A stretch of 64,000 nucleotides of DNA from Bacteroidales bacterium (GTDB lineage Bacteria; Bacteroidota; Bacteroidia; Bacteroidales; UBA1402), in the NCBI GenBank assembly GCA_028709215.1, contig JAQVXI010000002.1:78880-142879 (forward strand). The letters are read 5' to 3'. Under the pieces are notes generated by a model that worked only from the letters and a program-made list of their open reading frames with translations, had not been told where the DNA came from and searched no databases. Shown here in pieces: positions 36,185 to 45,333 of this stretch. A program made the translations under genes and the position numbers. Position 1 is the first letter of the stretch. Each line of letters opens with the position of its first letter.

Positions 36185-37240
36185 TTAAAGAACCTTACCG
36201 TTTTTCTTCGTATACAACCAAAACAGAACCAGCTCAAAGAGCACCGCAGCAAGGAATACGGTAAGAATGCCCAACCAAATGGGCCATGCGCCGGTGCAAA
36301 GGGCGATGCCTACCGCCAAAACGTTAAAGGCAATCAGAACAAGCGTCACCCCGCTGTGACCCAGGCCAAGTGCCAGGAGTCGATGGTGGGTGTGGCGCAT
36401 GTCTGCATTAAAGGGGGAGACGCCGTGGTATGTCCGTATCAGGATAACGGTAACCATATCCATGATGGGAATGATGAGCAATGAAAGCGCCAACGAGATG
36501 GGGTTGTTTATCGGTATGATGCCAAGGCGAAGCGGATCCAAACTGGAAAGTTTGATGGCAAATACGGCCAGGAAGACACCCAGCAGCATGGAGCCGATAT
36601 CACCCATGAAAATCTTAGCAGGACTGATGTTAAAGAGTAAGAAACCCAGTGTGCTTCCAGCCAGTGCCAACGACAGGAAGGCGTACGAGCGTTCTCCGTA
36701 TTGATAGAAAAAGAACGAAAATCCCAATAAGGCAAGCAGCGAAATACCCCCGGCCAGGCTGTCAATGCCATCGATAAAATTGACCGCATTAATCATGGCT
36801 ACAATAAAAATGAGTGAAACGATCATGTTGATTACACGTACGGCAACATGATCTGCTTCAAAAAACGGGAAATTATAAAAGTAGACTTGTCCGATCAAGA
36901 CAATGATCAGCGCAATTAAAAACTGGTAAAACAAACGGATCACAGGGGCCGTTGAGATCAAGTCGTCTTTGAGCGCCACGAAGAAGAGCAGGACCGATGC
37001 CGCGCATAGGGCACTCAACTCGACAGAATCGCATAAGATACGGAAGGTCAGTACACTAAAAAAGAATCCAAGGAAAATAGACACTCCACCTAAGTTGGGC
37101 GTACACTGGGTATGTATCTTTCGATCTTCTGAGGGACGATCAAAAAGTGACTTCTCCTTCGACACTTTGATGATGCTGGGAATAGCCAGTAAAGATACAA
37201 GGAATGATATGATGAAAATGAGTAGAGCTGTTACGTGCAT
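36185..37240 (-). CDS. Glycosyltransferase family 4 (MraY/WecA-type) undecaprenyl-phosphate sugar-1-phosphate transferase
   Basis: 351 aa, polytopic membrane protein. NAVNFIDGIDSLAGG and IFMGDIGSMLLG motifs are present. Its stop codon abuts the GH105 stop with a 0-nt gap. Confidence 0.8.
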   Translation of the reverse strand: MHVTALLIFIISFLVSLLAIPSIIKVSKEKSLFDRPSEDRKIHTQCTPNLGGVSIFLGFFFSVLTFRILCDSVELSALCAASVLLFFVALKDDLISTAPVIRLFYQFLIALIIVLIGQVYFYNFPFFEADHVAVRVINMIVSLIFIVAMINAVNFIDGIDSLAGGISLLALLGFSFFFYQYGERSYAFLSLALAGSTLGFLLFNISPAKIFMGDIGSMLLGVFLAVFAIKLSSLDPLRLGIIPINNPISLALSLLIIPIMDMVTVILIRTYHGVSPFNADMRHTHHRLLALGLGHSGVTLVLIAFNVLAVGIALCTGAWPIWLGILTVFLAAVLFELVLFWLYTKKNGKVL

Positions 37241-37292
37241 AGAGTCACTATATAGTTATAGAATAGAAACTGCAAATATCCCCATTTTATTG

Positions 37293-37300
37293 TATGTTTG
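37293..37300 (+). promoter_or_regulatory. Candidate -7 box (TATGTTTG) for ruvA-sprA
   Basis: It matches TAnnTTTG, 103 nt upstream of the ruvA ATG. Motif match only. Confidence 0.3.
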
Positions 37301-37402
37301 CAGTAAATAATTTCACAAAAATTCAGACTTTTTACAAAAACGCTCAAAAAGCATTTTTTTGCAAAGGTATACGTTTTTTTCAATCCAGCCGTTTACATAC
37401 AT

Positions 37403-37996
37403 ATGATAGCTTACATTACCGGAAAAATTGCCGATCTGAATCCAACTACGGTTATCCTTGAAAACGGAGGAATCGGGTACGAAGTGTTTATCACACTCAA
37501 CACGTATACAGACATTCGTACACTCGAAACCTGTCGTTTACACATCTACGAGATTTTGCGTGAGGATACCCATGTGTTGTATGGCTTTTATACAAGAGAA
37601 GAGCGGCAGGTGTTTACGCAACTCATCGGCGTTTCTGGCGTGGGAGCCAATACGGCACGTATGATTTTGTCGTCGCTTAACGTGGAAGAATTTCAGATTT
37701 GTGTTGCGGGAGGTGATGTTCAAGCATTGAAGTCGGTCAAAGGCATCGGATCCAAAACGGCCGAACGCATTTTGGTGGATTTGAAAGACAAAATGACAAA
37801 AATGCAACTGGGTGAAAATGCCGTACTCGGTTCGAAGGCACATCGAAACGAGCAGGTGCGTAACGAAGCACTTGCTGCACTTCAAATGTTGGGCTTTCCG
37901 ACGGGGATTTCTCAAAAGGCAGTCACAAAACTTTTGTCCGAGCAACCCGATTTACCGGTCGAGAAGGTGGTTAAGGCCGCACTGAAAATGCTATAA
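37403..37996 (+). CDS. ruvA: Holliday junction DNA helicase subunit RuvA
   Basis: 197 aa. MIAYITGKI...LENGGIGYEV, followed by the HhH motifs LIGVSGVGANTARMILS and LKSVKGIGSKTAERI. Confidence 0.95.
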   Translation: MIAYITGKIADLNPTTVILENGGIGYEVFITLNTYTDIRTLETCRLHIYEILREDTHVLYGFYTREERQVFTQLIGVSGVGANTARMILSSLNVEEFQICVAGGDVQALKSVKGIGSKTAERILVDLKDKMTKMQLGENAVLGSKAHRNEQVRNEALAALQMLGFPTGISQKAVTKLLSEQPDLPVEKVVKAALKML

Positions 37997-38016
37997 ATCC
38001 GTAATCGTTTTCGCTG

Positions 38017-41000
38017 ATGCAGATACACAGACATCTTGTTCGCGCATGTTGCTTGCTGTCTTTATTGATGGCTTCGCCTTTGCCTGCTCAAGAAGAAGGT
38101 GCACAAACCATCCGTTATCCGATTGGACAAGCTGTACCCATGCAATCGGAGGATTTGTTGCGTACTGCTCCGGTCGATTTGCGTCAACCCGAAAACATTC
38201 AAACCGTAACGGAATACGATGCAAAGGACGGTAAATACTACATTCGCACCTATGTGGGTGAACGTGAGTTGGGTACGCCCATCGTAATGACACAAGCCGA
38301 ATACCTGGCCTATCAGGAGGATCGTTCGGCGGCTGCTTTTTGGAAGGCCAAAAATAAGATTGATTATTCGAAGTCTGCCGATGACTTCTCGTTGACCGAT
38401 ATGCAGTTCGATTTGGGTTTTGGCGACAAGATTTTTGGAGAGGGTGGTGTACGCTTGCGCACCCAGGGGTCGGTTGAAGTGAAGTTTGGAGTCAAAACCA
38501 ACAAGGTCGACAATCCTGCATTATCCGAACGGGCCAGAAATCGAACGTATTTTGATTTCGATCAGGAAATCCAGATGAGTGTCAACGGACGGGTCGGTGA
38601 CAAGATCAACGTTAACATGAATTACGATACGGAGGCAACGTTTGATTACGATGCCAAATCCATGAAATTGCGGTACGACGGCAAAGAGGATGAAATCATT
38701 CGCACGTTGGAGGCCGGTAATGTCAGTATGCCTTTAAATAGTTCGTTGATTACCGGAGGCACCTCGTTGTTTGGGATTAAAACGGAGTTGCAGTTTGGCA
38801 AACTTTCCGTCGCCGGCGTTGTTTCCCAACAGCAGTCTCAGATGCGTTCGGTACAATTGGACGGTGGCGTTCAGACGCGTTCGTACGAGGTGGCTGTGGA
38901 TGCCTACGATGAGAACCGACATTTTTTTCTATCGCATTATTTCCGGGACCACTACGATGAGTGGATGAAAAAAATCCCTTACATCGCTTCCGGCATTCAA
39001 ATCACGAAGGTTGAAGTCTGGGTCACCAACAAATCAGCGGTGCTCGACAATGCACGCAACATTGTCGCCTTTGCCGATATGGCGGAACCTTCGGTGATCA
39101 GCAATTCCCATTGGTCGGCCTCCGGTGCCGGATTGCCTGCGAACGAATCCAATTCGGTCTATCCAACGTTGATTCAAAACCATTCAGATGCCAGACAATT
39201 TGCACAGGTAAGTCCTTCGTTTGAACCGCTCACACAGGCAGGCGTTCGCATTGGGCAAGATTACGAACGCTTGGAAAGTGCACGTCGGCTGGAATCGTCG
39301 GAATATTCATTGAACACTTCGTTGGGTTATATCTCACTCAAGCAAGCCTTAAACAGCGATGAGATTCTGGCCGTCGCCTACACCTATACCCGCGGAGGAA
39401 AAAGTTACCAGGTTGGAGAATTTTCGACGGATGGTATTGAGTCTCCCAAAACGCTTTTTGTTAAATTGTTAAAAGGTACGTATCAATCTCCGGAGGCGCC
39501 GGGTTGGGACCTTATGATGAAGAATATTTACGTGCTTGGAGATGCCTATAATTTAACTTCAGAAGATTTTACCCTCAATATTGTGTACCGAAACGATTCC
39601 ATTGGTACCGATTTGACCTACCTTACCGAAGGGCGCATTCGGAACGAACTGTTGCTGCGTGTGATGGGACTGGATCGATTGAATTCTAAGAAAGAAGCCT
39701 ATCCGGATGGGTTGTTTGATTATGTGGAGGGGCTTACCGTTCAGTCTGCCAACGGCCGAATTGTATTTCCGGTTCTGGAGCCGTTTGGCGCCCATTTGCG
39801 TAGCCAATTGAATGACCCGACATTGGCCGAACGGTATTGTTTTGATGCACTGTACGATTCGACTTTGACCGTAGCCCAACAGCTTACGGAACAGAATAAG
39901 TTTAAATTAACGGGTTCGTATAAGGCGGCTTCCGGGGCAAGTATCTCCTTGGGTGCTATGAATGTGGCACCAGGCTCTGTGACCGTTACAGCCGGTGGTC
40001 AGGTGCTGACCGAAAATGTGGATTACACCGTGGATTATATTTCAGGAACCGTAACCATCACCAATACGGATCTGGTGCGTTCCGGAACGGCCATCAGTGC
40101 AACCTGTGAGGATCAGGCAACTTTTAGCATGATTCGAAAAACGATGACCGGTCTGCATCTGGAATATAAGTTCAACGAAGATTTTAGCCTGGGAGGGACG
40201 CTGATGCGCTTGTCCGAACGCCCGTTGACCACCAAAGTGGATATGGGATATGAATCCGTCAACAATACCATCTTTGGTTTCAACACCTCGTATCGAAGTG
40301 ATTTTCAGTGGTTGACCAATGTGGTGGATAAACTGCCTTTCCTGGAAGCGACCCAACCTTCTTCGTTGAAGTTGAATGCAGAATACGCCCAGTTGATCGC
40401 GGGCACCTCAAAGGACGTTGGCAATACCTCGTATGTCGATGATTTTGAAGCAGCCAAAAAAACCTATAGTCTAAAAGACGTAAATCTGTGGTTTTTGGCC
40501 AGTACGCCCCACGATCCCAACGGTGGACTGTTCCCGGAAGCGGCTTATTCCAATGATTTTCGGTATGGTTACAACCGGTCACATTTGGCCTGGTACATCA
40601 TCGATGGTTTGTTCAATCACCGCAATGGCAGTCAAACACCGAGTCACATTCGGAACGACATGGAACAATTGTCCAACCACTACGTACGTGCCGTGAACGA
40701 AAAAGAAATCTTTCCCAACCGGGACATTGCTTACAATCAAACCGGAACCTTACCCGTGCTCAACCTGGTCTTTTATCCGGAGGAACGGGGAGCCTACAAT
40801 TACAATGTGGACGATCTGATGCCCAACGGTCGCTTACGGGATCCTCAAACACGCTGGGGGGGCATCATGCGCCGCATCGAGTCCGGTTATACCAATTTTG
40901 AAGCAAACAACGTCGAATACGTCGAATTTTGGCTGATGGATCCGTTTGTTTACGATACGGCTTCCGTACAAACCGGAGGTGATTTATACATCAATCTGGG

Positions 41001-44000
41001 TGAATTGTCCGAAGATGTGCTCAAAGACGGAAAGCGTTCGTTTGAGAATGGCTTGCCCGTAACGCAGGCAGACGAGAATTTGATCAGTACGACGGCTTGG
41101 GGGAAGGTTTCTTCAAAAACGTCCACGGCCTATGCTTTTGACAATACAGCCGGTGTACGCATCAAGCAGGATGTCGGCTTGGATGGTTTGTCGGACAGTG
41201 ACGAGCATCAATGGCCGGGCATAACAGAGTATGTTCAGGCTGTTCGGTCGAAAGTCGATCTGCAAACCTTACAGGAAATGGAAGCCGATCCGTTTAGCCC
41301 GTTGAACGACCCGGCAGGGGATAATTATCATTATTATCGGGGGTCTGATTTTGATGACGACAAAACCTCGATTCTGGACCGGTACAAACGCTATAACGGA
41401 ATGGAAGGCAATTCGCTTTCGCAGGAGTATACGAATGAGTCTTATTCGACCGCTGCAACCACCTTACCCAACGTGGAGGACATCAATCTGGACTTTACCC
41501 TGAATGAAACAGAACGCTATTATCAGTACCGCATATCCTTGCGACCGGAAGATATGCAGGTAGGTCAAAATTACATCAATGACGTGCGTAAAGCCAGTGT
41601 GCAACTCAAAAACGGAAAAACGGAAGAGGTGACCTGGTATCAATTTAAGGTGCCGGTTTCGGATTACAACGAGAAAATCGGAAGCATCAACGGATTCAAC
41701 AGCATCCGTTTTATGCGTATGTTTCTAACTGATTTTGAGGAACAGGTTGTGCTTCGATTTGCTACGCTTGATTTGGTTCGCGGCGATTGGAGAAGGTATA
41801 CCAAACCCTTGTATTTGGATGGGACAGTGCCTTCTACGGATGCCACTCTGGATGTTTCGACCATCAGTTTGGAAGAAAATTCCGGCCGACAACCCATCAA
41901 TTATCGCATGCCTCCCGGTGTACAGCAGGAGACAGACCCCAGTCAGCCCGGTGTTTTTATGGAAGATGAGCAATCCATGATCATGAAAATTACGGACCTG
42001 GCTCATGGGGATGCGCGTGCTGTGTATCGCAATACCAGTTATGATTTCAGGCAATACGAACGCTTGCAATTGTTTGTGCATGCAGAAGCGTTCTTGGATG
42101 CCTTGGAGCCGGTTAAGGACTACGAATTGACTGCATTTATTCGTTTGGGCTCTGATTTTCAGAGTAATTACTACGAGTATGAGATCCCCTTAGAAATCTC
42201 TCCCTTTTACAACCATGCGGCGACTTCTATCTGGCCAGAGAATAACTATTTTGATATTCCGTTTGAATTGTTGACACGCTTGAAAAATACCCGCAACAGT
42301 ACCGGTCAAAGTTATCATCAAATCTTCTCAGAATACGACCCGGAGAATGCACAGAATCGGGTGAGCATGCGGGGCAATCCCAGTTTGTCTGATGTACGAA
42401 CCATTATGATCGGTATTCGCAATCGAAGCGGTCGGGTACGTTCGGTTGAAGTCTGGTTGAATGAGATGCGATTGAATGGTTTTCGGGAAGAAGGCGGTTG
42501 GGCCGGTGTGGGCAGTGCGGTTTTAAATCTATCGGATGTCGGGAACATCACTGCCAGCGGAAAGTATCTGTCGAGTGGTTTTGGCAGCTTGGAGCAAAGC
42601 GTTTCGCAGCGGCGTCAAGACGATTACAGTCAGTACAACATCGCATTAAATTTTGAATTGGGACGCTTTTTTTCGGAGAAACTGGACTTCCATTTCCCCT
42701 TGTATTATTCCATTTCCAACGAGCGCATTTTACCCAAATACGACCCCTTAAATCAGGATTTGATGTTGAAAGACGTTTTGGATGCCGCTGCAACGGATGC
42801 CATCCGGGATTCCATATTAAATTATAGCCTGACGTTGAAAAAATACAGAAGCTTAAACTTCTCCAACGTACGATTGAACGTGCGTAGCAAAACCCCCATG
42901 CCGTATGATCCGTCCAATTTCACCTTCAATTACAACGAAACAAGGTCTGTTGCGCAGGATCCTACAACCGATCACGAAGTTACCAAAAATTATAACGGAG
43001 GAGTAAGTTATTCGTACGCAAGTCCTTTGAAGACCTGGCAACCGTTCAGCCAAGCGGTTAAAAATCCATCTCCTTGGTTGAAGGCGCTCAAGGAGTTCAA
43101 TCTCAATCCACTACCCAATACCTTATCGGCGAGTAGCAATCTGACGCGCTACTACTACGAAATGCAGTCGCGTGATTTGTCCTCGTCTACGGATGGATAT
43201 ACCAGTCCATTGACGGTTCAAAAGAACTTTTTGTGGAATACCGATTTAAATCTACAGTGGAACATCACCAAAAATATTCGTAGCAGCTTTAGCATCAATA
43301 ATCAGGCAGAAGTGCTTGAAACGCGCTATTCTCCGGTGAATAAAACCTTGTACGCAACGGAGTACGAGCATTGGAAAGATACGGTCAGTCAAAGTTTGCG
43401 GGAATTTGGGAGCCCCTTGGATTATCGTCACGACGTCAATCTAACCTGGAACGTTCCGTTGAATTACCTTCCGATCCTCGATTTTATGACGCTGAACGCA
43501 CAGTACCATGCATTCTATAACTGGCAACGGAGCACGTCCTCGGGCTCGGATACGGAGATGGGTAATCAAATCTCCAATCAACGCAGCCTGAGTGTCAATC
43601 AGAATGCAAATTTGTTGAATCTGTATCAGAAATCGGAATTGCTCAAAGGATTTTTACGGCCGACAAGTCCGACTCCAACGGCCAAAGAGGCAAAGCGTTA
43701 TCAGGAAGAATTGCTTTTGTACGGGGATACCACGCTAATGATTGCACACCAGTTGAACAACAAGCGAATTCAGGTGAATGTCGTGGATACACTGACCGGT
43801 CGAAAACAGCCGGTACGTTTTACGATCGTGGATGAAAATCAGCTACGTTTGCAAGCCAATCTGGCGGATTCTTCCGTTCTGCGGGTGGTGATCTTGCAGA
43901 AGAAACCGTTGGAAGAGCAACCTTGGTATGCGGCTGTTCGTTTGATTGGCCGTACGTTGATGTCGTTGCGATCGTTTAATGTTACGTACAAAGAAACCGA

Positions 44001-45333
44001 TGGATTGACCATTCCCGGTTTCAAACCGGAGTCCGGTTTGTGGTCGGCCAACGATTACGGTCGTGCCCCGGGTTGGGATTTTGCTTTGGGCGTTCAATCT
44101 TCGGATTATTTGGAAAAAGCAGTCGGACGGGATTGGCTGATTCGTTCGGATTCCATTGTTTCCCCCGCTTACCAAAGCAAACAAAAAGATTTGCGCATCA
44201 AGGCCGGTTTTGAGTTGTTGCCCAGCCTGAAGATTGATTTGAATGCGCTGCGTACTTGGAATTTTAACACCGAAATTCAGTATATGTTTGACGGAATGCC
44301 CGAAATGAGAACCGGTAGTTTTACGATTTCAACCGTTGCGATTCGTTCTTCTTTTGAGTCTCCCAAAGCATCCAACGGTTATTATTCGGCTTCGTTTGAA
44401 CGTTTTCTGGAAAATCGGGCGGTCATTGCATCCCGTTTGGAGGCCAAATTGATCGGTACAAACTATCCGAGTACCGGCTTTATGAAAGGGCATGCCTTAG
44501 CCGGAGAGCCCTTTGATCCGGCAAACGGTACGTTTGCAGCCAATTCGGCGGATGTGTTGATTCCTGCATTTTTGGCAGCCTATACGGGTGGAGATGCGCG
44601 CAATTCCTCGTTGGAATTGTTTCCTGGATTGTTGTCTATGTTGCCCAATTGGTCCGTATCGTATGATGGCTTGTCTAAACTCGAATTTGTGCAAAAATAT
44701 TTCAGGAATCTGACCCTCAACCACGGGTATACCAGTACCTACAGTGTCTCTTCATTCTCCTCGTTTTCCAACTTTGCAGAAGGGGAGTCCGGGCTGGGTT
44801 ATGTACGCAACGTCTTGAGCAATGCACCAACGCCTTCATCCATGTATGATGTGGCAGGTGTGAGTCTTACGGAGTCCTTCAACCCCTTGTTCCGTGTGCA
44901 GGGCACCCTTAAAAATGGTTTTACCCTGCGTACAGAGATGCGTAAAACCCGCAATTTAAACCTGAGTATCAGCGGTGGGCAGATCGTGGAGGCCGATCAG
45001 GATCAATGGACGGTCGGCACCAGCTACAAACTGTCCAACTTCCATCCCTGGGGCTTTATGAGTGAATCCAAGATACCAAACGATTTGAGTTTGACCGGAA
45101 ATCTTTCGTATCGAAACCAACACAACTTACTGCGCAAGATTGACGAAGCCTACACGCAGGCCTCATCCGGCAATCGCAGTTTTGCCCTTGAGCTGATGGG
45201 CGATTACGTCATCAGCCGAAACATGAACCTGACGTTTTTTTACGACTTAGAATCGACCGTTCCGCTGGTCTCTTCCTATCCCATAACAACCTCCAATTTC
45301 GGATTTAGTGTTCGGTTCTCGTTGAATCGTTGA
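38017..45333 (+). CDS. sprA: T9SS translocon / cell-surface gliding protein SprA (Sov)
   Basis: 2438 aa with a signal peptide. LEAGNVSMPLNSSLITGGTSLFGIKTELQFGKLSVAGVVSQQQSQ is the SprA hallmark region as I remember it. Size and beta-barrel-like composition persist throughout. It lies 20 nt after ruvA. Confidence 0.9.
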   Translation: MQIHRHLVRACCLLSLLMASPLPAQEEGAQTIRYPIGQAVPMQSEDLLRTAPVDLRQPENIQTVTEYDAKDGKYYIRTYVGERELGTPIVMTQAEYLAYQEDRSAAAFWKAKNKIDYSKSADDFSLTDMQFDLGFGDKIFGEGGVRLRTQGSVEVKFGVKTNKVDNPALSERARNRTYFDFDQEIQMSVNGRVGDKINVNMNYDTEATFDYDAKSMKLRYDGKEDEIIRTLEAGNVSMPLNSSLITGGTSLFGIKTELQFGKLSVAGVVSQQQSQMRSVQLDGGVQTRSYEVAVDAYDENRHFFLSHYFRDHYDEWMKKIPYIASGIQITKVEVWVTNKSAVLDNARNIVAFADMAEPSVISNSHWSASGAGLPANESNSVYPTLIQNHSDARQFAQVSPSFEPLTQAGVRIGQDYERLESARRLESSEYSLNTSLGYISLKQALNSDEILAVAYTYTRGGKSYQVGEFSTDGIESPKTLFVKLLKGTYQSPEAPGWDLMMKNIYVLGDAYNLTSEDFTLNIVYRNDSIGTDLTYLTEGRIRNELLLRVMGLDRLNSKKEAYPDGLFDYVEGLTVQSANGRIVFPVLEPFGAHLRSQLNDPTLAERYCFDALYDSTLTVAQQLTEQNKFKLTGSYKAASGASISLGAMNVAPGSVTVTAGGQVLTENVDYTVDYISGTVTITNTDLVRSGTAISATCEDQATFSMIRKTMTGLHLEYKFNEDFSLGGTLMRLSERPLTTKVDMGYESVNNTIFGFNTSYRSDFQWLTNVVDKLPFLEATQPSSLKLNAEYAQLIAGTSKDVGNTSYVDDFEAAKKTYSLKDVNLWFLASTPHDPNGGLFPEAAYSNDFRYGYNRSHLAWYIIDGLFNHRNGSQTPSHIRNDMEQLSNHYVRAVNEKEIFPNRDIAYNQTGTLPVLNLVFYPEERGAYNYNVDDLMPNGRLRDPQTRWGGIMRRIESGYTNFEANNVEYVEFWLMDPFVYDTASVQTGGDLYINLGELSEDVLKDGKRSFENGLPVTQADENLISTTAWGKVSSKTSTAYAFDNTAGVRIKQDVGLDGLSDSDEHQWPGITEYVQAVRSKVDLQTLQEMEADPFSPLNDPAGDNYHYYRGSDFDDDKTSILDRYKRYNGMEGNSLSQEYTNESYSTAATTLPNVEDINLDFTLNETERYYQYRISLRPEDMQVGQNYINDVRKASVQLKNGKTEEVTWYQFKVPVSDYNEKIGSINGFNSIRFMRMFLTDFEEQVVLRFATLDLVRGDWRRYTKPLYLDGTVPSTDATLDVSTISLEENSGRQPINYRMPPGVQQETDPSQPGVFMEDEQSMIMKITDLAHGDARAVYRNTSYDFRQYERLQLFVHAEAFLDALEPVKDYELTAFIRLGSDFQSNYYEYEIPLEISPFYNHAATSIWPENNYFDIPFELLTRLKNTRNSTGQSYHQIFSEYDPENAQNRVSMRGNPSLSDVRTIMIGIRNRSGRVRSVEVWLNEMRLNGFREEGGWAGVGSAVLNLSDVGNITASGKYLSSGFGSLEQSVSQRRQDDYSQYNIALNFELGRFFSEKLDFHFPLYYSISNERILPKYDPLNQDLMLKDVLDAAATDAIRDSILNYSLTLKKYRSLNFSNVRLNVRSKTPMPYDPSNFTFNYNETRSVAQDPTTDHEVTKNYNGGVSYSYASPLKTWQPFSQAVKNPSPWLKALKEFNLNPLPNTLSASSNLTRYYYEMQSRDLSSSTDGYTSPLTVQKNFLWNTDLNLQWNITKNIRSSFSINNQAEVLETRYSPVNKTLYATEYEHWKDTVSQSLREFGSPLDYRHDVNLTWNVPLNYLPILDFMTLNAQYHAFYNWQRSTSSGSDTEMGNQISNQRSLSVNQNANLLNLYQKSELLKGFLRPTSPTPTAKEAKRYQEELLLYGDTTLMIAHQLNNKRIQVNVVDTLTGRKQPVRFTIVDENQLRLQANLADSSVLRVVILQKKPLEEQPWYAAVRLIGRTLMSLRSFNVTYKETDGLTIPGFKPESGLWSANDYGRAPGWDFALGVQSSDYLEKAVGRDWLIRSDSIVSPAYQSKQKDLRIKAGFELLPSLKIDLNALRTWNFNTEIQYMFDGMPEMRTGSFTISTVAIRSSFESPKASNGYYSASFERFLENRAVIASRLEAKLIGTNYPSTGFMKGHALAGEPFDPANGTFAANSADVLIPAFLAAYTGGDARNSSLELFPGLLSMLPNWSVSYDGLSKLEFVQKYFRNLTLNHGYTSTYSVSSFSSFSNFAEGESGLGYVRNVLSNAPTPSSMYDVAGVSLTESFNPLFRVQGTLKNGFTLRTEMRKTRNLNLSISGGQIVEADQDQWTVGTSYKLSNFHPWGFMSESKIPNDLSLTGNLSYRNQHNLLRKIDEAYTQASSGNRSFALELMGDYVISRNMNLTFFYDLESTVPLVSSYPITTSNFGFSVRFSLNR

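Noticed and set aside
37241-37402. The 162-nt wecA-like/ruvA divergent intergenic region, examined for a small RNA, tRNA or repeat element.
   Set aside because: It contains only short weak inverted repeats (TGCAAA/TTTGCA) and A/T runs. There is no cloverleaf-like or conserved-looking structure. Candidate -7 boxes are noted instead.
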